Source: a virus
Length of the DNA: 18,360 nucleotides
Virus genome (UHGV): UHGV-0159119
Direction: 5' to 3' (one strand)
Shown here: positions 1-7,643 of the stretch, in pieces
Layout: each line of letters starts with the position of its first letter
Numbering within the stretch: position 1 is the first letter of the stretch
Made by a program: the position numbers and the translations under genes
The notes under the pieces: model-generated
What the model was told of the DNA's origin: nothing
What the model saw: only the letters and a program-made list of their open reading frames with translations
Databases searched by the model: none

Positions 1-1
1 C

Positions 2-406
2 TTTTTGACCTTGGAGATAATCAAGCGGCAACTCTTCATGATTACTTGCAGGTTCGGCACTATGAAGCATGGCAGCGCGGCAGGCGTTCCAGCCTCTTAC
101 CTCTGCAATAGCGGCAACCGCATCAACCGCGTACATGCTAAGAGGATTAGGAATTGGTTTTTCTTCCGGTACTACTGGCGCTGGAGGGGTGGCGTAGAGT
201 GGAACTCCTCCCCCTCCACCAGAAAATTCATTGCGAGCGTTATACTCACGACCATCTGCGTCATCACGCATCCACGCCACCGGCTCTGCTTCCAGCGATG
301 CCAGAGCAATTTCATAAGCACGGCGCTCAATATTGTCTCGCACGTCCAGGCTGCCGATTCGCTCTTTGATTTCTTTAATCAGTTCTTTGTCGGTAAAAGT
401 GGTCAT
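2..406 (-). CDS. Hypothetical prophage protein, 5' part only; the gene runs off the window start
   Basis: Minus-strand ATG at 406..404 (MTTFTDKELIKEIKERIGSL...) with no stop before the window edge. It is missing from the ORF track only because it is truncated. It abuts the stop of the upstream gene at 410..408. Confidence 0.5.
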   Translation of the reverse strand, partial: MTTFTDKELIKEIKERIGSLDVRDNIERRAYEIALASLEAEPVAWMRDDADGREYNARNEFSGGGGGVPLYATPPAPVVPEEKPIPNPLSMYAVDAVAAIAEVRGWNACRAAMLHSAEPASNHEELPLDYLQGQK

Positions 407-407
407 G

Positions 408-1226
408 TCACTCTCCTTTGATGCGAATGCCAGCGTCAGACATCATATGCAGATACTCAACTGCATCCTGAACCCATTGACCGCCAATCCCGTAATAGCG
501 ATGCGTAATGATGTCGATAGTTACTAACGGGTCTTGTTCGATTAACTTCCGCAGAAACTCTTCCAGGTCACCAGTGCAGTGCTTGATGACAGGAGTTTTC
601 CCAGGATGGCGAACAACAAGAAACTGATTTCCGACTTCACGGACTTCGTTGCTTTTCAGTTCTGCAATGCGCTTCTCTGAGGCTTCCAGCTTCTCTCGCA
701 TATCGTCAACGTACTCGACCAGAGAACCGCCAGCAGGAATTTCGCACTCCTCGACCAGTTGGAAGTAGATATCAGCTGCGGCCCGTGTGTTGCTATGCCT
801 AGCGTCGCCCATCTCACCTTCACGAAGAGCATCGCGTTCGGCGGTAAGATTGGCTATTTTGCTGTCTTTGCCTTCCAGCTCAACGCGCAGCTTCCCTACC
901 GTTAGCGCAATATCCTCGTTCTCCTGGTCGCGGCGTTTGATGTATTGCTGGTTTCTTTCCCGTTCATCCAGTAATGCCAAGACGGTAGCCGGATTAGCTG
1001 CGGCGATGAATTCAGCATTGGCCTGCTGTTCCATTTGGAAATCTTCATCGAAACCGCTTTCAGGATGCGCTCCTTCAATTCTGCAAATGGGAAGATATCC
1101 AACAACGTCACGATGAATTAGCGCATCATCACAATCAAATCGGCTCTCTCCATATTCGAGCGACCATACACCACACGTTGCTTTTTCTGCCTTGGCACGC
1201 AGTGCCTGATAGTCAATCTTGCTCAC
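408..1226 (-). CDS. Ead/Ea22-like prophage early protein
   Basis: 272 aa ORF with the [20 protein letters not shown]-terminus and central coiled-coil that I recall as typical of Ea22-like proteins. GTG start preceded by AGGAGG at 6 nt spacing. Confidence 0.55.
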   Translation of the reverse strand: MSKIDYQALRAKAEKATCGVWSLEYGESRFDCDDALIHRDVVGYLPICRIEGAHPESGFDEDFQMEQQANAEFIAAANPATVLALLDERERNQQYIKRRDQENEDIALTVGKLRVELEGKDSKIANLTAERDALREGEMGDARHSNTRAAADIYFQLVEECEIPAGGSLVEYVDDMREKLEASEKRIAELKSNEVREVGNQFLVVRHPGKTPVIKHCTGDLEEFLRKLIEQDPLVTIDIITHRYYGIGGQWVQDAVEYLHMMSDAGIRIKGE

Positions 1227-1467
1227 TGGTTGCCTCCTGCTTTTCTGCCTTCAACACCATGCGAGAACCATCATCCAGCTCCCACGCGATCTCACCACCT
1301 TCAGCCATGACCAGTCGCCACACCAATTGAGCAGCCTCATTGGTAACATCACGACCTGGATCATTGCCAACGCGCATACGTCCACCTTCAACATCGCGCA
1401 TTTTTGCCAGCATGATAGTTTTTGATAGCGGTGAAAAACCAAGCTGTAGTCGTGCTGAATTACTCAC
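1213..1467 (-). CDS. Hypothetical small early protein
   Basis: Track ORF 1213..1488. The likely start is the GTG at 1467, which has AGGAGG 6 nt upstream and overlaps the upstream stop as GTGA. Confidence 0.45.
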   Translation of the reverse strand: MSNSARLQLGFSPLSKTIMLAKMRDVEGGRMRVGNDPGRDVTNEAAQLVWRLVMAEGGEIAWELDDGSRMVLKAEKQEATSEQD

Positions 1468-1649
1468 TGGTTGCCTCCTTTGCGCCACGTCGCATTCAGA
1501 TATCTGTTGTCGTTAACAGAACCGAAACTCTTTCTCTTAAGCAATTCCTCTCTCGATGGCATTGGCTTTACGCGTTGGCGAATAATCATTTCTGCCGGAA
1601 GAATGCCGGGATTGTATGCAAGTCCTCTCATGGTAAATTCCTCAGTCAT
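1464..1649 (-). CDS. Hypothetical small early protein (start uncertain: ATG 1649 or ATG 1631)
   Basis: In-frame part of track ORF 1464..1784. ATG 1649 sits next to the upstream stop; ATG 1631 has a GAGGAA RBS. Confidence 0.4.
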   Translation of the reverse strand: MTEEFTMRGLAYNPGILPAEMIIRQRVKPMPSREELLKRKSFGSVNDNRYLNATWRKGGNQ

Positions 1650-1938
1650 TACTGATAGCGCCATAGCGTGAGCGGTAATTACGCAGGCGCGGGTCGATAT
1701 ATTCAGGGAAGTTGGTATATGTGGCTTTGCGGAATGGTCGGATTGATGTCTGGTAAATTCGCTCGCGTTCTTCTTTCTCTGCAAGCCATATACAATGGCG
1801 AAATTCCTTTTCCTCTTTCGTTTCCTGCGGTAGCGACATTATCCGGTCGTAGTTTTTCCTGAATTTATCCAGCACCTCCGATACGGAATTACCGGAACAG
1901 CGGCGCGGGTCATCCGCACCATACTGAGGCGCTGGCAT
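1642..1938 (-). CDS. Hypothetical early protein
   Basis: 98 aa ORF with AGGAG 7 nt upstream of the ATG; tightly packed between neighbouring genes. Confidence 0.5.
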   Translation of the reverse strand: MPAPQYGADDPRRCSGNSVSEVLDKFRKNYDRIMSLPQETKEEKEFRHCIWLAEKEERERIYQTSIRPFRKATYTNFPEYIDPRLRNYRSRYGAISND

Positions 1939-1951
1939 GATTTTCTCCTGA

Positions 1952-2458
1952 TTAAATTGCGTGAATAGCGTGACGAGGGAAGGGGAGAGTTACTGGTGCA
2001 AAGGGTATATCGTCGTCAAAATCCATCGGAGGTTCGTTGTGTTGTGCTGGTGATGATTGCTGCTGTGGCTTCTGTGATTGCCTGCTGGCTGCTTGTTGTT
2101 TGCTGTCGCCAATGCTGCCAAGCATTTGCATCACGCCATTAATTCCGACATGAACCTCGGTTGTGTAACGGTCTTGCCCTGACTGGTCTTTCCACTTTCT
2201 GGTTCTCAGCATTCCCTCGAAATAAATCTGATCACCTTTTTTCACATACTGCCCCACGACCTCAGCCAGTTTCCCGGATACAGCAACACGATGCCATTCA
2301 GTCAATTCCTTTTGCTCGCCAGTATTTTTATCTCGCCATTGTTCTGACGTGGCTATTGTCAGGTTAGCGAACGCTGTTCCTGATGGTGAGTATCGAACTT
2401 CCGGGTCTTGTCCTACCCGACCAAGGATAATCACCTTATTTACGCCTCTGCTTGCCAT
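1952..2458 (-). CDS. ssb: Single-stranded DNA-binding protein with a 15-aa extension after the DFDDDIPF tip
   Basis: N-terminal OB-fold region is close to E. coli SSB ([38 protein letters not shown]). The acidic tail [11 protein letters not shown] is present but followed by [15 protein letters not shown] before the TAA. Confidence 0.9.
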   Translation of the reverse strand: MASRGVNKVIILGRVGQDPEVRYSPSGTAFANLTIATSEQWRDKNTGEQKELTEWHRVAVSGKLAEVVGQYVKKGDQIYFEGMLRTRKWKDQSGQDRYTTEVHVGINGVMQMLGSIGDSKQQAASRQSQKPQQQSSPAQHNEPPMDFDDDIPFAPVTLPFPRHAIHAI

Positions 2459-3166
2459 CTATGCCGCCTGTTTTAGTTCGTTAACTCTGATGTTCATTAC
2501 CTGAACGCATTTAGCCTGCGCCTCCTCGTTGCCAGCCATTAATTGCCAGTCACGCTGATAACGCTCGATGAGTTTTTTCTTGTCAGTTTCTGTTGACGCA
2601 TAATCGCTGAAGTCTTTCAGGATTTGTTCGCAGTCAACCGATGGAGATTTCTGGTTGGTATTTTCTGGTGATGGTTTGTTATCTGATGCTGGGATTGCCC
2701 ATCCCGGCAGCGATGGAGGGGACCAGTAAAATCCTGTTCCATCCTTCAGTTTTGCCCTGTGCCACCCCTGCTTTTTATCGAGAGATGTTTGTGCGAAACC
2801 TTCCTCAAGGTTATACAGATACCGACCGATTCCCCACTGAACGGCAGCACGCTTCATTGCACCGGAACGACCACCTTTGACGGCTTCTACCTGCGTGTTT
2901 TCAGCAGCATCCCATTTGGTTACCCATTCGGAATCAATCTTGATTGATATGCCGCATTCAACTCCGCCGTTGTTGGGAATATCGCGGTATTCATTGCGCC
3001 ATCCTGCTTTGCCGCAAACATCGTCCAGGCGTTTCATGATTGCCCGGTTCGTGACATAAGCCAGCACCATAGCCCACACCTTGCCATCGCGTGTTTTACC
3101 GCTTTGCTGTATTCGCCATTCGATATCTTCAGGGCTGAATGGCTCATCGAATTTGTTCAAATCCAT
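2459..3166 (-). CDS. Phage single-strand annealing recombinase (Rad52/Sak-type core; C-terminal tail resembles P22 Erf)
   Basis: 235 aa with GISIKIDSEW..KGGRSGAMKRAAVQWGIGRYLYN core. C-terminal TETDKKKLIERYQRDWQ..KCVQVMNIRVNELKQ matches my recollection of the Erf tail. GAGGTG RBS. Confidence 0.8.
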   Translation of the reverse strand: MDLNKFDEPFSPEDIEWRIQQSGKTRDGKVWAMVLAYVTNRAIMKRLDDVCGKAGWRNEYRDIPNNGGVECGISIKIDSEWVTKWDAAENTQVEAVKGGRSGAMKRAAVQWGIGRYLYNLEEGFAQTSLDKKQGWHRAKLKDGTGFYWSPPSLPGWAIPASDNKPSPENTNQKSPSVDCEQILKDFSDYASTETDKKKLIERYQRDWQLMAGNEEAQAKCVQVMNIRVNELKQAA

Positions 3167-3174
3167 AATTCACC

Positions 3175-3345
3175 TCAGAATGGACACGGCCCAAGGAAAT
3201 AACGCTGATTTAATACTTCGACTCGGGACAAATTAAGGCATACCCGCATTCCTTCGCGGTCACCATTATGGCGATACCAGAGAGCTTTCTGCGTGTACAT
3301 GCGTCTCTGTAACTTGCTCTCCTTCACTGTGGTTGCAAGTGACAT
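3175..3345 (-). CDS. Small hypothetical protein (56 aa) in the gam/abc slot
   Basis: Below the track threshold. ATG at 3345 with AAGGAG 7 nt upstream. Overlaps the next ORF by 80 nt in another frame. Confidence 0.3.
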   Translation of the reverse strand: MSLATTVKESKLQRRMYTQKALWYRHNGDREGMRVCLNLSRVEVLNQRYFLGPCPF

Positions 3346-3424
3346 GAATATCTCCTTCGTTACCGATTAATTCTTTCATCTGACGAATGAATTCTTCGTC
3401 TGACCAGTTATCTGTAAAACTCAT
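3266..3424 (-). CDS. Small hypothetical protein (52 aa) in the gam/abc slot
   Basis: ATG at 3424 overlaps the kil stop as ATGA (translational coupling). Translation MSFTDNWSDEEFIRQMKELIG... Confidence 0.3.
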   Translation of the reverse strand: MSFTDNWSDEEFIRQMKELIGNEGDIHVTCNHSEGEQVTETHVHAESSLVSP

Positions 3425-3573
3425 TTCCTGCGATACCACGGAAGGTTGATAGCTGATTTCATCGCTTTATTTGCTTCAAGCCACATTTTTGAATCACCAA
3501 TAAATCTGGCTATTACTGCTTTGTTCTGTGCAGCACGAAGCATCTGGTGATTGATGGCTATTTCATTGCGCAT
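3421..3573 (-). CDS. kil: Kil-like host cell-division inhibitor
   Basis: 50 aa, MRNEIAINHQMLRAAQNKAVIARFIGDSKMW..., resembling lambda Kil (IATFIGDEKMF) as I recall it. Lies directly downstream of cIII as in lambda. GAGG RBS. Confidence 0.55.
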   Translation of the reverse strand: MRNEIAINHQMLRAAQNKAVIARFIGDSKMWLEANKAMKSAINLPWYRRK

Positions 3574-3689
3574 AATAAGACCTCAACTCTTTTCCATCCG
3601 TCACGTAATTTACGGGTGATTCGTTCAAGTAAAGATTCATTTAGTTGGAAGGCACCCATGCGAGCGCCTCCCGCGATTGCGTAAATCAT
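3558..3689 (-). CDS. cIII: CIII (FtsH inhibitor that stabilises CII)
   Basis: 43 aa, MIYAIAGGARMGAFQLNESLLERITRKLRDGWKR..., containing the conserved lambda CIII core ESLLERITRKLRDGWKR. AAGGAA RBS. Confidence 0.75.
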   Translation of the reverse strand: MIYAIAGGARMGAFQLNESLLERITRKLRDGWKRVEVLLCAMK

Positions 3690-3713
3690 GGGTGGTTCCT
3701 TATGTTGGTTTTA

Positions 3714-4682
3714 TTAGTAGGTTATTTTTGTTGCGAATACTTCGCCTTTTACGATGGCTGTTATGATATTTTTAGCAACATCTTCTGATGCGCCAACCTT
3801 GATAAGGTCAGCAAGTATTTTGTTATTTACTTCTTTCCGGTGATCTTTATCCTTTGCTCTACGCTCTTCTTCGTCCTTGATTCTTTTTTCTTCTGCTATT
3901 CTGGCTTGCTCTTTTGCTTCAGCATCGCGACGGATTTGTTCAGCCTCCTCCTGTGCTTTTCTGCGTTCTGCTTCAATTGCTGCCTGCTTTTCTCTTTCAG
4001 CTCGTTCTGCTGCCTCTTTTGCTTCGCGCTGTGCTCGTTGCTCGGCTTCAATGCGTTCACGCTCTGCACGTTCTGCTGCGGCCTTAGCTTCTGCTTCTCG
4101 CCTTGCTGCTGCTTCAATTTCGGCTTTTGCCTTTGCTTCGGCTTCTGCTCTGGCTTTCTCTTCAGCTTCTCTTTTTAATCGTTCTTCATGCTCTCGCTTT
4201 TCCTGCTCCGCTTTGAGTCTTGCCTCTTCTCTTTGGCGGTCAAATTCGCGATCCATCAAAATCGCTATTTCATGGTCAGACTCAATTTGCTTTGCGAGAG
4301 CTTCAGCTGCTGCCTTAGCTTCTTCTTCGGCTTTAATCCGCGCCTGTTCTTCCTCATAATCAGTAAGAGGCTGGCGTGCCTTGGCTTTCAGCTCATCAAG
4401 GCGATCACGCACTGTCTTGCGGTTGGCATCAATTAGCTTTGGAATTTCCTTCAGTTCAGCAACAAGGTCTTTGCCAAGACCATCGAGATATGTTTTCGTC
4501 TGCGCAACTTTATACGCCAGAGAAGCGATCTCCTTTCTGCCCTTTGCCGTTGTGATATCAGGCACAAAGGACATAACTTCACGTTCAACCTTTTGAAGGA
4601 TTTCTTCAATCTGGTCGGAAGACTGAAATACAGTCATTGCATTTGCTTTTTCAATAACAACTAAATCTGTTACTTCACTCAT
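3714..4682 (-). CDS. Highly charged coiled-coil protein, function unknown
   Basis: 322 aa. The central ~200 residues are E/A/K/R repeats (EAKAKAEIEAAARREAEAKAAAERAERER...). AGGAGG RBS. Confidence 0.7.
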   Translation of the reverse strand: MSEVTDLVVIEKANAMTVFQSSDQIEEILQKVEREVMSFVPDITTAKGRKEIASLAYKVAQTKTYLDGLGKDLVAELKEIPKLIDANRKTVRDRLDELKAKARQPLTDYEEEQARIKAEEEAKAAAEALAKQIESDHEIAILMDREFDRQREEARLKAEQEKREHEERLKREAEEKARAEAEAKAKAEIEAAARREAEAKAAAERAERERIEAEQRAQREAKEAAERAEREKQAAIEAERRKAQEEAEQIRRDAEAKEQARIAEEKRIKDEEERRAKDKDHRKEVNNKILADLIKVGASEDVAKNIITAIVKGEVFATKITY

Positions 4683-4716
4683 ATATCCTCCTTCGTTGTA
4701 TTCTTTAAAAACGCTC

Positions 4717-5085
4717 TCAGGCGGCTTTGATAGTCATATCATCTGAATCAAATATTCCTGATGTGTCGATATCGGTAATTCTTATTCCTTCGCTACCATC
4801 CATTGGAGGCCATCCTTCCTGACCATTTCCATCATCCCAGTCGAACTCACACACAACACCATATGCATTTAAGTCTTTCGAAATTGCTATAAGCAGAGCA
4901 TGTTGCGCCAGCATGATTAATACAGCATTTAATACAGCGCCGTGTTTATTGAGTCGGTATTCAGAGTCTGACCAGAAATTATTAATCTGGTGAAGTTTTT
5001 CCTCTGTCATTACGTCATGGTCGATTTCAATTTCTATTGATGCTTTCCAGTCGTAATCAATGATGTATTTTTTGATGTTTGACAT
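4717..5085 (-). CDS. Hypothetical early protein (acidic C-terminus)
   Basis: 122 aa ORF with a GAGGA RBS; first gene downstream of the terminator at 5104..5131. Confidence 0.6.
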   Translation of the reverse strand: MSNIKKYIIDYDWKASIEIEIDHDVMTEEKLHQINNFWSDSEYRLNKHGAVLNAVLIMLAQHALLIAISKDLNAYGVVCEFDWDDGNGQEGWPPMDGSEGIRITDIDTSGIFDSDDMTIKAA

Positions 5086-5103
5086 CTGTTCATATCCTCA
5101 CAG

Positions 5104-5131
5104 ATAAAAAATCGCCCTCACATTGGAGGGC
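5104..5131 (-). terminator. Intrinsic terminator inside the pL operon (tL-like)
   Basis: Minus-strand RNA GCCCUC-CAAUGU-GAGGGC followed by GAUUUUUUAU. Confidence 0.55.
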
Positions 5132-5224
5132 AAAGAAGATTTCCAATAATCAGAACAAGTCGGCTCCTGTTTAGTTACGAGCGACATTGCTCACATAGCA
5201 GACTCGTAAATCTGCTATAGGCGC

Positions 5225-5386
5225 TTATTCGCATCGCATGACAACATCAAATTTTTCGAGATTACTTTGTCGCAACAATCCTTCTTCTACGCGGTCAGCT
5301 TTTCTATAATTATCAAATTCGAAATGTTTGATTACTTCTTTCGTTTCTCGCTCTATAACTTCAACAATGTATTTCTTATTCATCAT
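5225..5386 (-). CDS. Small hypothetical protein (53 aa)
   Basis: ATG overlaps the stop of the upstream gene (ATGA). Translation MMNKKYIVEVIERETKEVIKHFEF... Below the track threshold. Confidence 0.35.
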   Translation of the reverse strand: MMNKKYIVEVIERETKEVIKHFEFDNYRKADRVEEGLLRQSNLEKFDVVMRCE

Positions 5387-5679
5387 TCTTCCCCAAGAGC
5401 TTTTCTGATTGCTGCAAGACCTTTATTAACAGCTCCATACCATTCTGGATATGTTGTCGTTGTTCTATTTTTGGTTTGCTTAAGTAATAACTGAAGTGCT
5501 TCGAGAAGGTCAGGTGCTGCCGCTATTAGATTGGCATCTTCAATGCATTGAACTTCCTCACAGATTGCAATATACGAACGCCAGCCTGCGCCATTTTCAA
5601 GTGAGTCTGCCTGGATGATTTTAATCTCATCGCCATCCATCATTATTTCCCACTTACCTTCAGTACCTTTAAATTCCAT
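5383..5679 (-). CDS. Hypothetical early protein
   Basis: 98 aa ORF with a GAGG RBS. Confidence 0.6.
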   Translation of the reverse strand: MEFKGTEGKWEIMMDGDEIKIIQADSLENGAGWRSYIAICEEVQCIEDANLIAAAPDLLEALQLLLKQTKNRTTTTYPEWYGAVNKGLAAIRKALGEE

Positions 5680-5718
5680 GTTAGCCTCTGTTGTTTATGC
5701 CAAAAATAAAGGCCACCA

Positions 5719-5970
5719 TCAGGCAGCCTTGTTGTAAATGTTGCAGGTATCAAGTAAGTAATTAGATGGAGCGCCATAAATTATGAATTCATCGTTTGTC
5801 GGGTCCATCTCCATCTCTTGGCCTATTGCCATTCTTGCATCAGTGTCATCAGCGGCGAAGCATAAAACAGCCCACGCACCCATTGTTTTAAAAAGAACTG
5901 CAATTGGCTGTGGTTTTACTGAATTTGCGTTAGCGCGAAAATCATAAATCGCACTTTCATGAAATTCCAT
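5719..5970 (-). CDS. Hypothetical early protein
   Basis: 83 aa ORF with a GAGGTG RBS; first gene downstream of N. Confidence 0.6.
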   Translation of the reverse strand: MEFHESAIYDFRANANSVKPQPIAVLFKTMGAWAVLCFAADDTDARMAIGQEMEMDPTNDEFIIYGAPSNYLLDTCNIYNKAA

Positions 5971-6028
5971 ATATCACCTCAAATAAGTGGTTTGCTGCCT
6001 AATTTCATTTTCTGGCGACCAACACAAG

Positions 6029-6301
6029 TCATCTTGCTGTCAGTTGTTTGGATTTCCGGTAGCCTGCCGCGTAAAGAGCTACGTTTGGAAGACAAGTTGA
6101 ACCTTCATATTTTCTGGTCAACGTTGTCAGAGTTATCACTTCTGCTCTCATTGCTGGTTTGCGCTTGCATTGCAAGACCACTCGTGAAGGGGTTGGCCTG
6201 TGTAGCTTGTCGGAGCTGATCGCCTCCTGACTTTGCAGATTTGCACGACGAGCTCTACGGCGAGAAGCTGCGGTTCCTTTAAATTCTGTTTTTCTGGACA
6301 T
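6029..6301 (-). CDS. N: N-type transcription antiterminator (P22 gene 24-like)
   Basis: Start at ATG 6301 with GGAGG RBS. Arginine-rich motif GTAASRRRARRA near the N-terminus. C-terminus LPNVALYAAGYRKSKQLTAR matches my recollection of P22 N. The longer track ORF 6029..6373 is an upstream in-frame extension. Confidence 0.8.
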   Translation of the reverse strand: MSRKTEFKGTAASRRRARRANLQSQEAISSDKLHRPTPSRVVLQCKRKPAMRAEVITLTTLTRKYEGSTCLPNVALYAAGYRKSKQLTAR

Positions 6302-6399
6302 AGATTCCTCCCGAATAAACTTTGGCGATGCAATCTCGAAGCCCCTCCTGAGACGGTTGCTTCGGCATTGCATCCCACAGCTTATGTGGTTGGGTGATC

Positions 6400-6445
6400 T
6401 GGCTTTTCAGCCACGTAGTCGAGTGTTCGACGTTGTTTAAAGAGC
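6400..6445 (-). promoter_or_regulatory. nutL (boxA plus boxB)
   Basis: Minus-strand boxA GCTCTTTAAACAA, then a boxB hairpin UGGCU-GAAA-AGCCA (5-bp stem, GAAA loop), located between pL and N. Confidence 0.55.
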
Positions 6446-6491
6446 CTGCCAGTCTGTTCCGTTTGGCTTCCAGCTTCCTGCTGATGGCTAA

Positions 6492-6520
6492 ATAGTACGA
6501 TGTGTACTTTACTGAGTCAA
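6492..6520 (-). promoter_or_regulatory. pL promoter with operator OL1 in the spacer
   Basis: Minus strand TTGACT, 17 nt spacer, TACTAT. The 15-bp operator AGTACACATCGTACT (an AGTAC/GTACT dyad) covers the spacer and the start of the -10, in the same register as at pR. Confidence 0.6.
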
Positions 6521-6582
6521 TACAAAATGTTCTAAATATGGTTTAGTTTTTTATAACGCTTTGTATTTAATGGGTTTATATT

Positions 6583-6616
6583 TTGGAAAAAGAAAACCCG
6601 ACGCTAAGGTCGGGTT
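6583..6616 (-). terminator. Intrinsic terminator downstream of cI
   Basis: Minus-strand hairpin AACCCGAC-CUUAGC-GUCGGGUU followed by UUCUUUUUCC. Confidence 0.55.
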
Positions 6617-6646
6617 ATTGTTGTGTGTTTTAGAGTGGTGAGGCTG

Positions 6647-7306
6647 TTAACTAAATGTCTCTTCAGGCCACTGGCTAGCGATAACTTTCCCTACTACGGA
6701 ACAGCTATCATTGCATGGAATCATTGGATATTGCGGGTTTAGTGGTTGTAGGAACACCTGACCGCTATCCCTGATCAGTTTCTTGAAGGTAAACTCGTCA
6801 CCACCAAGTCTGGCTATGCAGAAATCACCTGGCTCAACAGCCTGCTCAGGGTCAACGAGAATTAACATCCCGTCAGGAAAGCTTGGCTTGGATCCTGTTG
6901 GCGCGGTCATGGAATTACCTTCAACTTCAAGCCAAAACGCACAATCACTGGCTTTTTTGGTTGTGCTGACCCATCTCTCCGCATCACCTTTGGTAAAGGT
7001 TCTAAGCTCAGGCGAGAACATCCCGGCCTGAACATGAGAAAAAACAGGGTACTCATATTGTTTTTTAACGGGGGCAGATGAGTATTCGCCAACAGGTGAA
7101 AATGTACCGTCGTGGTTGAATGAGACGTTATCAATACCAAGGTATTTAAACACCACACCAATCTCGTCAAGAGATGGATGACGAGATCCGCGCAACCAGT
7201 GACCAATTCCACCCTGCGTCATACCAAGCTCTTCGGCTAACTTCTCTTGAGTTATGCCGAGCTCTTTCATTCTGGATCTAGCCAGTTCATACCATTTCAT
7301 TTTCAT
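6647..7306 (-). CDS. cI: CI prophage repressor (HTH N-domain, LexA-like autocleaving C-domain)
   Basis: C-terminal domain is almost identical to lambda CI, including the AG cleavage site in HVQAGMF. The N-terminal HTH domain is not lambda's. Alternative starts at ATG 7300, 7342 and 7348. Confidence 0.9.
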   Translation of the reverse strand: MKMKWYELARSRMKELGITQEKLAEELGMTQGGIGHWLRGSRHPSLDEIGVVFKYLGIDNVSFNHDGTFSPVGEYSSAPVKKQYEYPVFSHVQAGMFSPELRTFTKGDAERWVSTTKKASDCAFWLEVEGNSMTAPTGSKPSFPDGMLILVDPEQAVEPGDFCIARLGGDEFTFKKLIRDSGQVFLQPLNPQYPMIPCNDSCSVVGKVIASQWPEETFS

Positions 7307-7315
7307 ACCCTTATT

Positions 7316-7330
7316 ATTACGCTCTGTACT
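7316..7330. promoter_or_regulatory. Operator-like site (OR3-like) overlapping the presumed pRM
   Basis: ATTACGCTCTGTACT matches the operator consensus at 13 of 15 positions, just upstream of the cI start. Confidence 0.35.
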
Positions 7331-7362
7331 AAAATCATCCATGCACAAGATGTATTTTTTGT

Positions 7363-7391
7363 TTGCATTCTAAAAGTACATATCGTATTAT
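7363..7391 (+). promoter_or_regulatory. pR promoter with operator OR1 in the spacer
   Basis: TTGCAT, 17 nt spacer, TATTAT. Operator AGTACATATCGTATT at 7375..7389 differs from OL1 at two positions. Confidence 0.6.
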
Positions 7392-7417
7392 TGCGTTATG
7401 GTTACTATGGAGGGCAT

Positions 7418-7633
7418 ATGAGCAACCTACGAAAATATCGAGAGTCACTGAATATCTCTCAAACAACACTTGCTAAGGCAGTTGGATGCACACAGGGAGC
7501 TATCGGACATTGGGAATCTGGTCGTCGCTTCCCAGACCTTAAAACATGCCGTGCTCTTGTTGCGTGCCTAAACAAGTTAGGCGCAAAAGTCAGTCTTGAT
7601 GACGTGTTCCCGCCGGAACACAAAGCCGCTTAA
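7418..7633 (+). CDS. cro: Cro-like repressor (XRE-family HTH)
   Basis: 71 aa, MSNLRKYRESLNISQTTLAKAVGCTQGAIGHWESGRR... The HTH resembles the cI recognition helix (TQGGIGHW). GGAGGG RBS. Track ORF 7247..7633 is an in-frame upstream extension. Confidence 0.85.
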   Translation: MSNLRKYRESLNISQTTLAKAVGCTQGAIGHWESGRRFPDLKTCRALVACLNKLGAKVSLDDVFPPEHKAA

Positions 7634-7643
7634 TAAGCGGATC

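Noticed and set aside
5-527. Plus-strand ORFs 5..421, 154..369 and 333..527
   Set aside because: They are antisense to the better-supported truncated minus-strand gene (2..406), which is coupled to the Ea22-like gene upstream.
3840-4359. Plus-strand ORFs (112 and 160 aa, Phe/Cys/Ser/Ala-rich) antisense to the coiled-coil gene, plus the small minus-strand ORF 3896..4117
   Set aside because: Low-complexity translations generated by the repetitive GAA/GCA-type DNA of the real minus-strand gene; no RBS and no independent support.
5959-6378. Plus ORF 5959..6219, minus ORF 6148..6378, and the N-terminal extension of track ORF 6029..6373
   Set aside because: They overlap the N gene out of frame or extend it upstream across nutL. 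The ATG at 6301 with a GGAGG RBS and the arginine-rich motif define the real N start.
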